This document shows positions 21,076 through 29,443 of a stretch of DNA of 64,000 nt, in pieces; positions within the stretch are counted from its first letter, which is position 1, and the number at the start of each line of letters is the position of its first letter. The stretch is taken from positions 673 to 64,672 of the forward strand of contig JAOAQX010000011.1 in NCBI GenBank assembly GCA_025210805.1. Direction: 5' to 3'. A program made the translations under genes and the position numbers. The notes beneath the pieces are model-generated. The model ran no database searches and was not told the DNA's origin. It worked only from the letters and a program-made list of their open reading frames with translations. This stretch comes from Flavobacteriales bacterium. Its GTDB lineage: Bacteria; Bacteroidota; Bacteroidia; Flavobacteriales; CAJXXR01.

Positions 21076-21093
21076 AAAAAAAAAAAAAAAAAA
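21076..21093. repeat. poly(A)18 homopolymeric tract in divergent promoter region
   Basis: 18 consecutive A between the start of 20223..20978 (-) and the start of 21310..22401 (+). Confidence 0.9.
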
Positions 21094-21309
21094 TCAAAGC
21101 AATCACCCTACCTGTTTAACCGACTATTATAGCCTGTCACGACTTTTTGTGATGTGAATTCTTTGTACAGAAATAATGTATTGGTGAAAATCTATATTAT
21201 TAAAAATCAACGCTTCAATCTTATATTTAACATAGATTTAGTAACTTGTACCTGAATTAGTTCATTCCATTTCGGAATACACGAATAATTAACCTAAATT
21301 TATTTACTT

Positions 21310-22401
21310 ATGAAAAAGCTATTTTTTATCACCACATTTCTATTCTACTGTACGAGTATGATTGCTCAAGTTGGAGCATTCAAAATTAGGAACGATGCCG
21401 CCATTCAACTTGGATATAGTAATTATAGGTATCTCACCTTTGGTATTGGAGAAGACCCAAATAACAATAATGGATCATGGTCTATCGAACATTGGAATCA
21501 TGGACTTAATTTTTGGAAACCTTGGAATTCTTGGCATTCTGGAAATTATAAAATGTTTATCCACGATGCTGGTTTTGTAGGAATCAATATGAAACCCAAT
21601 GAAGGCTATGTCCAACAAGTCGCAACAGGTTCTTTTCTCTGGTGGTCCACCTACAGTACGCAAAGCAACTTTCGTCTCCAAGTACGAGGTAACACTATAT
21701 CTCATGGGAATTATGTATGGAGTGGGCAGAGCATGAAAAAGAACATTAATAGCCTAGATCATGGGTTGTCCAGTATTATGAAAATGAGACCCGTTAGTTA
21801 TCATTATGATTTGACCGTTTCACCTGGAGACTCTTTACCTCTATCTGATAGCGACCCTGTTAAAAACGCAACTCTTCAAGCCGAAAAAAATAGAAGTTTA
21901 CCTGAGGCTACAGAGCCTAAACATTTTGGTTTTATTGCAGAAGAGATAGATACCGTTTTCCCTAATATTGTTTCTCAAATTCAAGGTATAGAAGGTGTAA
22001 ATTATACAGAAATCATCCCTGTTTTAGTCAAAGGGATACAAGAACAGCAACAAATCATTGAGAGTCTAAAATCTGAAGTCAACAGGCTGAATGATTTAGT
22101 AGAAAGTATCAATACCGATATTATCAATGAAAAAGGAATTACTGCCAGTTTAGGACAAAACACTCCAAATCCCTTTAATGCCACAACCTCTATCTCCTAT
22201 GATATTCAGTCTGCTTTCACTGAAGCCCAAATAGTCGTTTATGATTTTTGGGGACAACAAAAAGACGAATATGATATATACTCCACAGGAGCAGGAACCT
22301 ATACTTTGGATGCCTCATCGTTGCCTGCCGGAACTTATCACTATGTCCTGATAGTTGATGATTATGTGGTTGATTCCAAGCTAATGCTCATCATTCACTA
22401 A
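21310..22401 (+). CDS. tail-fibre/peptidase S74 (intramolecular chaperone) domain protein with T9SS C-terminal sorting domain
   Basis: Signal peptide. The central segment …HFGFIAEEIDTVFPNIVSQIQGIEGVNYTEIIPVLVKGIQEQQQIIESLKSEVNRLND… resembles the endosialidase-chaperone/S74 autoproteolytic domain of phage tail fibres. The C-terminal ~90 aa (…GTYHYVLIVDDYVVDSKLMLIIH) are CTD-like. Confidence 0.55.
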   Translation: MKKLFFITTFLFYCTSMIAQVGAFKIRNDAAIQLGYSNYRYLTFGIGEDPNNNNGSWSIEHWNHGLNFWKPWNSWHSGNYKMFIHDAGFVGINMKPNEGYVQQVATGSFLWWSTYSTQSNFRLQVRGNTISHGNYVWSGQSMKKNINSLDHGLSSIMKMRPVSYHYDLTVSPGDSLPLSDSDPVKNATLQAEKNRSLPEATEPKHFGFIAEEIDTVFPNIVSQIQGIEGVNYTEIIPVLVKGIQEQQQIIESLKSEVNRLNDLVESINTDIINEKGITASLGQNTPNPFNATTSISYDIQSAFTEAQIVVYDFWGQQKDEYDIYSTGAGTYTLDASSLPAGTYHYVLIVDDYVVDSKLMLIIH

Positions 22402-22417
22402 TTCTAAAGTATAGGAT

Positions 22418-23782
22418 ATGAAACCACTGAAGATACACATATTATTGTTTGTGCTACTACTCTCCACTTCGTCAGGGACAGTAGCACAGAGTTTACCTAT
22501 AGGGGAGAATTATCATCTAGTTTTTAATGATGAATTTAGTGATAGTCTCATCAATACAGACAAATGGGAACAAAAAACACCATGGAACACCGCTACTAAT
22601 CTATTCATTGACTATTACGATGATGGAACAATTAAAAAAATATATGAACTGGCTTATCATAAATGGAGAGACCAAACAACCGATTACCGACCAGATACCA
22701 CAAACTGCAAGGTCTCTAATGGTACGGTAAAACTATATACCCGAAAAGAAAATTACGATGGTAATATCTGGGTTTGGGCACCATGCTACGCCAATGGAAT
22801 AACCATAGACGGTGATTCTTGTGATGATATGGTATATGGCCCTGGGGAAGATATTTCATCCTCTACTGGGTATAGATGCTTTGTAAGTAGCCGATATTTA
22901 CCTTATAAGTACACTACAGGAATGCTCTTTTCCAAAAAAAGCTTTAAATATGGCTATTTTGAAATCCGTTTTCGCCTTCCTCCGCCCCCTACTGCCCCCA
23001 AAAGACATATTGGGTTTGGACCCAATTTTTGGCTCTATAGTGCTGATAAAGATGGATCAAATTTCGGGTACGAAAATCACTGGAGTGAGATCGATATTTT
23101 TGAAATTGGCTATGACCAAGAGAACAATCTAAGCAATCTTTATACTACCAATGTGCATTATAGACCAATAGGTAGTGCTAGTAGTCATATCTCTAAAACA
23201 GGAAGACATGGCTATATCAGCTCAAACGAATGGCACACAGCTGGTATGCTTTGGACTTCGTCCGAAATAGAATTTTATCTGGACGGAGTAAAAATCAGAG
23301 ACTTTGAGCAAGAAATATCTATGCCAACAGACTCCCTCGTTCCTATGCCTCTTTGGATAGATATCTATTCTCCCAATAGAAATTTTGGAATCGATTTTGA
23401 CACACTAAGCACCAACGGAACTGCATTCCCTTATGTATATGAACTAGACTATGTGAGGGTATATCAGCTAAAACAAGCTTGTGAAATATCCAAACAGTAT
23501 TGTTCTGTTTTTGATGCAAGCACTTATGATGAACAACTCTATAAAAATATTGAATTTGGAGGGCTAGGTTGCCAACTAAATCTCGATAATTCGGAAGAAG
23601 TCACTTTTATGAGCGCTGAGGATATCGTATTTCACAATCAGGTGGAATTAAAACCTCAGGCAACCACCATTTTTGGAACACATATTTGTGAGCCTTATGA
23701 CCTTATACCAAAAATAGAACCCGACACCACAGTGGAACCCCCTCTATATTCTAAAATAAAATTTCTATCCGATGAAAACTAA
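22418..23782 (+). CDS. glycoside hydrolase family 16 (laminarinase-like) protein
   Basis: Signal peptide and the GH16 catalytic motif E-I-D-I-F-E (WSEIDIFEIG). Overlaps the next gene by 11 nt. Confidence 0.7.
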   Translation: MKPLKIHILLFVLLLSTSSGTVAQSLPIGENYHLVFNDEFSDSLINTDKWEQKTPWNTATNLFIDYYDDGTIKKIYELAYHKWRDQTTDYRPDTTNCKVSNGTVKLYTRKENYDGNIWVWAPCYANGITIDGDSCDDMVYGPGEDISSSTGYRCFVSSRYLPYKYTTGMLFSKKSFKYGYFEIRFRLPPPPTAPKRHIGFGPNFWLYSADKDGSNFGYENHWSEIDIFEIGYDQENNLSNLYTTNVHYRPIGSASSHISKTGRHGYISSNEWHTAGMLWTSSEIEFYLDGVKIRDFEQEISMPTDSLVPMPLWIDIYSPNRNFGIDFDTLSTNGTAFPYVYELDYVRVYQLKQACEISKQYCSVFDASTYDEQLYKNIEFGGLGCQLNLDNSEEVTFMSAEDIVFHNQVELKPQATTIFGTHICEPYDLIPKIEPDTTVEPPLYSKIKFLSDEN

Positions 23783-24464
23783 TTTATCATTAATTCTTCT
23801 TCTTTTGAGTATAGCAATTCACAATTCCTACGCTCAAATAACACCGGATTCGCTTTTGGGTGTTTATGTTGGGAAGTACTATAATAATCATAATGCTAAT
23901 TCTGACAATTGGTATATCGTTTCTGAGAATTGGACTGTACCCATCAAGGATTTAGATACACTAAATTGTCTTTCAAATAAAAGCATCACTCCATCTGGGA
24001 GTCAGCCATTTGTTTTCACTACTCCTTATGATTTTTGTAATTCAGATTTTGAGTATCAAGAAAACAATCCCGACTACTATAGATTTAATAGATTTTACGG
24101 AAAAGACAGTCTATGGGGCAATAATGAATTCATTCCAGGTCCACCACCTACAGGAACTCCATATTCCACAAGATTTATCGGGAAAAAGATGTATGAAATA
24201 GGAACAACAGAGCTGGAAAACATGCTTGCTATTCAAGTATATCCTAACCCAGCCAAAGAACTACTCAATATCCGTACAGAAGAAGATATACAGGCGGTGG
24301 ATATTCATATCTTTAATAGCAGAGGGCAAAGAGTGAAAACTTTTATAGAAAAGTACCATAAAAACTGGCTACAGGTAGATGTTTTAGATCTTCCCAAAGG
24401 AATTTATTATATCAAAATAACTTCCTTTGGAAGGGTATTTCATCAGAAATTTATTAAGATATGA
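23772..24464 (+). CDS. secreted T9SS-CTD protein, tandem paralog 1
   Basis: Signal peptide, variable middle, and a C-terminal block (…QVYPNPAKELLNIRTEEDIQAVDIHIFNSRGQRVKTFIEKYHKNWLQVDVLDLPKGIYYIKITSFGRVFHQKFIKI) with a T9SS type A CTD pattern. The stop overlaps the next start (ATGA). Confidence 0.65.
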   Translation: MKTNLSLILLLLSIAIHNSYAQITPDSLLGVYVGKYYNNHNANSDNWYIVSENWTVPIKDLDTLNCLSNKSITPSGSQPFVFTTPYDFCNSDFEYQENNPDYYRFNRFYGKDSLWGNNEFIPGPPPTGTPYSTRFIGKKMYEIGTTELENMLAIQVYPNPAKELLNIRTEEDIQAVDIHIFNSRGQRVKTFIEKYHKNWLQVDVLDLPKGIYYIKITSFGRVFHQKFIKI

Positions 24465-25150
24465 AACATATTTTTTTAATCCTTCTTCTTTTGAGTATAG
24501 CAATTCACGATTCCTACGCTCAAATAACACCGGATTCGCTTTTGGGTGTTTATGTTGGGGATCGTTTCAAAAAAACCAATGCCTATTCAAATGAATGGCT
24601 TCTGACTTCTAAGAATTGGGTAGTCACAGTGGACAAATTGGACACTACAACCTGTATTATTAGTGAAACCGTTACCCCTTGGGGTAATGCTACAATATAT
24701 CTTTATACATCTTATGATTTTTGCTTTGCAGATTTTAATTATCAAGAAAATGACCCCAACTATTATAAGTTTAGTTGGTTTTATGGAAAAGACAGTCTTT
24801 GGGCTAATAATGAATTCATTCCAGGCCCTCCTCCAAGTGGAACCCCATACTCTTTAAGATTTATCGGGAAAAAGATGTACGAAATAGGAACAACAGAGTT
24901 GGAAAATATGCTCGCTATTCAAGTATATCCTAACCCAGCCAAAGAACTGCTCAATATCCGTACAGAAGAAAACCTAGAGGCGATGGATATTCATATCTTT
25001 AATAGCAGAGGGCAAAGAGTGAAAACTTTTATAGAAAAGTACCATAAAAACTGGCTACAGGTAGATGTATTGGACCTACCCAAAGGGATCTATTATATCA
25101 AAATAGCTTCCTTTGGAAGGGTTTTTCATCAGAAATTTATTAAAATATGA
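24461..25150 (+). CDS. secreted T9SS-CTD protein, tandem paralog 2
   Basis: Near-identical first ~35 codons and last ~100 codons to 23772..24464, with a diverged middle. The ATGA overlap with the next ORF is also present. Confidence 0.65.
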   Translation: MKHIFLILLLLSIAIHDSYAQITPDSLLGVYVGDRFKKTNAYSNEWLLTSKNWVVTVDKLDTTTCIISETVTPWGNATIYLYTSYDFCFADFNYQENDPNYYKFSWFYGKDSLWANNEFIPGPPPSGTPYSLRFIGKKMYEIGTTELENMLAIQVYPNPAKELLNIRTEENLEAMDIHIFNSRGQRVKTFIEKYHKNWLQVDVLDLPKGIYYIKIASFGRVFHQKFIKI

Positions 25151-25362
25151 AAAGAACAATAATCTTGCTTTCAACTGTCATCCTATTATTCATCGGATAT
25201 TATATTTTGAACAATAAAGACGAAAAGGACATACAGAACCCCCTAAAAACTCAAACAAAACCGAGCAAAAAAGAAATTCCAAAGGATATCAACCTTTCAG
25301 ATTTCCTTACCGAGTATAAACAAGGGGAAATCAACCTAGATATTGAAGCTAAACTAACGTGA
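25147..25362 (+). CDS. small signal-anchored ORF (possibly the N-terminal fragment of a disrupted TlpA-like gene)
   Basis: 71 aa with an N-terminal hydrophobic anchor (MKRTIILLSTVILLFIGYYIL). Translationally coupled (ATGA) to the upstream paralog. Confidence 0.35.
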   Translation: MKRTIILLSTVILLFIGYYILNNKDEKDIQNPLKTQTKPSKKEIPKDINLSDFLTEYKQGEINLDIEAKLT

Positions 25363-25630
25363 GTTCGACGTAAGAATCGAGCTACACTTCGACGCTATCG
25401 CTTTGATTTTCTTTCTTTTGCCTTGAAGCAAAAAAAGAAACAAAAAAAGTTCAAGACTTATTTTTAAGAATCACAAAAACCTTTGTAAAACTTAAGTGCA
25501 ACCCCTGGATCTCCAGAAGCCTCTGGAGCTAAGGGGTTTTACTAAAGTTTTACCGTGATTTCCGTAATCCTTAAAAATAGGTCGATTTTAAAATTACCTA
25601 TTCGATACTTTATAAAACTCAAATAACATA

Positions 25631-26026
25631 TTGAAATCAAGTATTAAAATTAATCCCTTACATCGAACTTACGTTAAACTAGAATATTTGGATGGGAGTC
25701 CATTTTCTTATCAAGATCTTAAAACCAAAACGTATATCGTGTCATTTTGGGCGACTTACTGCTCTCCGTGTATTGAGAAATTTCCTTTACTCAATGAGAT
25801 TGCTCAAAGCAATGAATCTTTAGAAATAATCATGATTTCAGATGAAAAAACAGACTTATTAAAAACATTCTTGCAGCATCGAGAAGATATTTCCGAACTC
25901 CATTTTTTAAAACATCAAGGAAAAAATGCGGATATTGGAATAAATTTACTTCCCACTACCCTATTTGTGGAGAATGGAATACACAAAATAATATCCAATA
26001 AAGACTTGGAAAGTTTTTTGGAGTAA
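25631..26026 (+). CDS. TlpA-like thioredoxin-fold protein lacking ATG start and signal peptide (TTG start; possible truncated/pseudogene remnant)
   Basis: VSFWATYCSPCIEKFP thioredoxin motif. The ORF starts at TTG and has no signal peptide, although TlpA-family proteins are extracytoplasmic. Confidence 0.45.
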   Translation: MKSSIKINPLHRTYVKLEYLDGSPFSYQDLKTKTYIVSFWATYCSPCIEKFPLLNEIAQSNESLEIIMISDEKTDLLKTFLQHREDISELHFLKHQGKNADIGINLLPTTLFVENGIHKIISNKDLESFLE

Positions 26027-26048
26027 AAAAAACATAAATACTTTAATA

Positions 26049-27311
26049 ATGAAACAGCTTTCTTTACTACTAAGCCTCATAACACTCTTTAGTTGTACAA
26101 GATCAGAAAGTGAATTATCTAAAGTTTCTAAACATTTCACGGCATACCAAAGAAATGAGAAACGACAATTATTTGAAGACATTCAAGAATCTTTACAAGG
26201 AAAAAGAATTTTGTTATTAGGCGAAACTGGACATGGAGACGGTTCAGCCTTCGAATTAAAGTCAGAGATTGTGGACTATTTAAATAAACATGATAATTGG
26301 GAAATACTTGCACTAGAAGGTGGATCATTATTTAGTTTATACCTTGCAGACAATAACTTACCTATTCATAAAAAAATTGGTGTTCCCACGTTAGAACAAA
26401 GCTGGTTCTATATTTGGTCTAATAGCAACGAAGTTTCTCAATTAAAAGAAATAGCTAAAAACCAATCGATGAATATTCTTGGTATAGAACCCATATTTGA
26501 TTTCTATTCAGCAGCATACTTCTATCCATTTATTATAAAAAACGTGGAGATTTCTCCAGATTACAAGAAGAGATTGAAAGCTCTTCGCAAAATACAAACA
26601 CAATTGTTTAAATCTACTAAAAACAAATCTTTGGTTAGTATAGATGAGTTAATAGATTTTGAAAAAGGAATTAATAATCTTAAAGACTCTGTAATTACAT
26701 GGGATATTGCTCATCAAGCCATGATACTTCAGCAAATTTCGAATATTGAATCTAATCTACCCAAATACAAAAACTATATTCTAAATCAATATACTTTCGA
26801 AAACGAAAGCATAGCCATTGAAAAAAGAGATGCTCAAATGTTCTCAAATCTAGAATGGATTCTAGAGCAGTATCCGAATAAAAAGATTATCATTTGGGGA
26901 GCCAATTTCCATATCACAAAAGATATCAGTGAATTTGAATACAACAAACCTGAAGACAAAAACTGGTATCAGCGAGCCCAATTATTCGGTATGTATGTCA
27001 ATCAAAAATATGGTAATGAATCTTTTTCTCTCGGTCTGATAAAAGGAGAAGGAACTAGTGGCACAGTATTTAGGAGTCAAGTTGATACATTCTCTGCAAA
27101 TGAAACTAGTTTAGAATATGAGCTTCTCAAAAACAAAAGCATGTACTATGGATTACTGAATACCTCAACACTTTCTTTGCCCTATAAAAATATGGAAATA
27201 GAATCCTCCGTATTGGGCACTAAAAAAGGAAAGTTATTTAAAGGATTTGATGGCATACTTTTCCAAAGAAATATGAAAGCTGCAACCAATCAGCAAAAAA
27301 ATAGACAATAA
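26049..27311 (+). CDS. Tiki/ChaN/erythromycin-esterase superfamily-like lipoprotein
   Basis: Lipobox (LFSCTRS). The motif LLLGETGHGDGSAFEL…ILALEGG resembles the GExHG…E signature of erythromycin esterase/ChaN/Tiki proteins. Confidence 0.45.
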   Translation: MKQLSLLLSLITLFSCTRSESELSKVSKHFTAYQRNEKRQLFEDIQESLQGKRILLLGETGHGDGSAFELKSEIVDYLNKHDNWEILALEGGSLFSLYLADNNLPIHKKIGVPTLEQSWFYIWSNSNEVSQLKEIAKNQSMNILGIEPIFDFYSAAYFYPFIIKNVEISPDYKKRLKALRKIQTQLFKSTKNKSLVSIDELIDFEKGINNLKDSVITWDIAHQAMILQQISNIESNLPKYKNYILNQYTFENESIAIEKRDAQMFSNLEWILEQYPNKKIIIWGANFHITKDISEFEYNKPEDKNWYQRAQLFGMYVNQKYGNESFSLGLIKGEGTSGTVFRSQVDTFSANETSLEYELLKNKSMYYGLLNTSTLSLPYKNMEIESSVLGTKKGKLFKGFDGILFQRNMKAATNQQKNRQ

Positions 27312-27383
27312 ACGAAGATCTATCACCAAATGAAACATCTCAAAACGGTGTTATTTATCCATAGTTTTTTTTAGAAGTATTCC

Positions 27384-27443
27384 GTTGTAGAACATCCCCC
27401 TTCAAAGCCCTTCAAAGGGGGCTTACAATAGTACTCTACAAAC
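27384..27443. terminator. nested hairpin between convergent genes (putative bidirectional terminator)
   Basis: Inner stem CCCCCTT…AAGGGGG (27396-27421) with duplicated CCTTCAAAG in the loop. Outer stem TTGTAGA…TCTACAA. Confidence 0.3.
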
Positions 27444-28086
27444 CTTTCATCAAAGCTTCCAAACGTTTTACTCGTTCTTCCAAACTTTCCTCTGCCACTT
27501 CGGCTTGCTCCTGAGCTATAGATATACTCAAAACAGCATTTATATAAACGGCATCATCTCTTAGTTCTTTCGAAAAAGTCAATTCATCTTCCGCATTTAA
27601 ATACAAACAAGCCGTGCTATCATCGTTCTGATGATAAGTACAAAAAAGCCAATCTCCAGACTGAAACTGCCCGAGAGAAGCTTCTAGCTTCAAAACAAAA
27701 TCAAAAGGAAAATGAGCAAAAGGGAAAACCATTTTTTTAGATTGCTCGATGCTCTCCTGCCAATCCGAAATGGAAATTCCATGTAATAAATTGGAAAAAA
27801 GCACGGGGGCTTCATTCTCTACCGAAATGGAAGATAGTCCATGCACCAATAAATCGTCGGTAATATTGGACAACTGATTAATAGTTACTTCCTGTGTCAA
27901 CAAAATATCGATAGAAATGCCAAAATGATTAGCAATACGTATCACCGTATCAATTTTCGGCATCGAACGATCTTCCTCATAAGCACCCAAAGTAGGTCTT
28001 TTGAGGTCAAAAAGCTCGGCAAAAGCCAATTGACTAAGATTTTTGGCCTTTCTAATTTTCTTTATGTTCTTACCAAAAGTTGACAT
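27436..28086 (-). CDS. XRE-family helix-turn-helix transcriptional regulator
   Basis: N-terminal HTH_3 pattern (IKKIRKAKNLSQLAFAELFDLKRPTLGAYEEDRSMPKIDTVIRIANHFGISIDILL). Confidence 0.7.
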   Translation of the reverse strand: MSTFGKNIKKIRKAKNLSQLAFAELFDLKRPTLGAYEEDRSMPKIDTVIRIANHFGISIDILLTQEVTINQLSNITDDLLVHGLSSISVENEAPVLFSNLLHGISISDWQESIEQSKKMVFPFAHFPFDFVLKLEASLGQFQSGDWLFCTYHQNDDSTACLYLNAEDELTFSKELRDDAVYINAVLSISIAQEQAEVAEESLEERVKRLEALMKGL

Positions 28087-28243
28087 TTTGCTAATTTTAT
28101 TTGCATAATTAAAAAATAGTTGTATATTTGAGCTATCAATATGAGCAAAGATAGTTTTATTTTAAATAAAAATGCACAAAAAGCTCATAAAAGTAGAATT
28201 ATAAACGCAAATAATATTTGCATAAACAAAAAAAAATAACGAA

Positions 28244-28564
28244 ATGATACTTACTACGACTCCTTCTATTGAAGGTAAACACATTGTACAATACCATGGG
28301 ATAGTGACGGGCGAAACCATCATTGGAGCCAATATATTCAAAGATTTCTTCGCCTCGATCCGAGATGTAGTTGGAGGAAGAAGCGGCTCTTATGAAAAAG
28401 TTTTGAGAGAAGCAAAAGACACTGCACTCAAAGAAATGGAAGAATTGGCAAGACAATTAGGTGCCAATGCTGTAGTGGGTATAGACCTCGACTACGAAAC
28501 TGTTGGAAATGGTGGTGGAATGCTGATGGTCACGGCAAGTGGAACAGCCGTTTCTATAAGATAA
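28244..28564 (+). CDS. YbjQ/UPF0145 family protein
   Basis: 106 aa. [13 protein letters not shown]…[14 protein letters not shown] is characteristic of YbjQ. Confidence 0.8.
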   Translation: MILTTTPSIEGKHIVQYHGIVTGETIIGANIFKDFFASIRDVVGGRSGSYEKVLREAKDTALKEMEELARQLGANAVVGIDLDYETVGNGGGMLMVTASGTAVSIR

Positions 28565-28730
28565 ACGGAAAACAGAATAGTGAGTTTGACGAATAATTGA
28601 AACTAATTTATAAAGCTGTATTAATTAACCTAATTGAGCATACTCAGATTAATTATCACTACTGAACAAAGAATAATTTCTGAATTATATTAAACTAAAT
28701 TTTTTCCCCACAAACTCACTTTATTACCAT

Positions 28731-28948
28731 GAGTTCTCGATACAATTTTTGATTCCATTGCATTCCATCAAAAACCACTCGAACTGACAAATCGAGATAC
28801 AATTTTTGACTCCACTGCATTCCATCAAAAACCACTTCCCGATGGGTCTCCCGAGATTATCGGGACTGAACTGACAGGGTTGTATCGAGTATGTCACTTC
28901 AAGTGATTTCTTTGGAGAGAAACGGAAAAGAAATTGTATCGAGAACAC
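28731..28948. repeat. cluster of hairpin-forming intergenic repeat units (family shared with 56287-56660)
   Basis: Two direct copies of TCGATACAATTTTTGA(T/C)TCCA(T/C)TGCATTCCATCAAAAACCACT… plus a reverse copy of GTTCTCGATACAATTTCTTTTCCG…CTCCAAAGAAATCACTTGAAG. The same units occur in the opposite orientation at 56.3-56.7 kb. Confidence 0.7.
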
Positions 28949-29035
28949 ACACAACAAAAATTGATTTAATTTTCTGTAAATTGAACTTTAAATCATACAA
29001 AATAACTACTTTAACAAAAATTTTTTAACCGAAAT

Positions 29036-29437
29036 ATGAAAAGCAATAGCTTCTTAAAAGTAAAAAATTACCTCCTTGATTTGAAATACGATATTTCTTA
29101 TCAAAATGAAAAAGATGGAATTCTGATGATACAGAATGAACCAGAGGGAATCAAAAATCTGCTCATAGGATTAGCAGATCCTATTTTGATTATGGAACAA
29201 TACCTCTGTACCATTCCTAGCCCTACGGCAGAAATCTATTCAGAATTGCTCAAAAAAAACCGAGACATGGTACATGGCGCCTTCGTGTTGGATGAATCTA
29301 AAACGAAGCTGATTTTTAGAGATACACTTCAGTTAGAAAATTTGGATCAAAACGAACTCGAAGCCTCCATCAACTCATTAAGTCTCCTACTAAGCGAGTA
29401 TTCCAATGAGATACTCAAGTATTCATCAAAAAAATAA
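29036..29437 (+). CDS. hypothetical soluble protein (possibly YbjN-like), first gene of the PspA-flotillin module
   Basis: 133 aa with no TM segment, 7 nt upstream of pspA. Confidence 0.5.
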   Translation: MKSNSFLKVKNYLLDLKYDISYQNEKDGILMIQNEPEGIKNLLIGLADPILIMEQYLCTIPSPTAEIYSELLKKNRDMVHGAFVLDESKTKLIFRDTLQLENLDQNELEASINSLSLLLSEYSNEILKYSSKK

Positions 29438-29443
29438 AAGATT

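Noticed and set aside
25363-25630. Group II intron or other known mobile element inside the putative split thioredoxin gene
   Set aside because: The spacer begins GTGAG but is only 268 bp, has no intron domain V/VI-like structure, and encodes no ORF. It is treated as a structured insert of unknown type in the findings.
28199-28456. 85-aa minus-strand ORF
   Set aside because: It overlaps the well-supported ybjQ gene on the opposite strand.
28724-28957. 77-aa ORF (and its look-alike 56302..56667, 121 aa) with shared SIQFLFRF(S/P)PKKSLE peptide
   Set aside because: Both are translations of the dispersed intergenic repeat units in opposite orientations. The similarity comes from repeated DNA, not from a protein family. 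There is no start context or codon-usage support.
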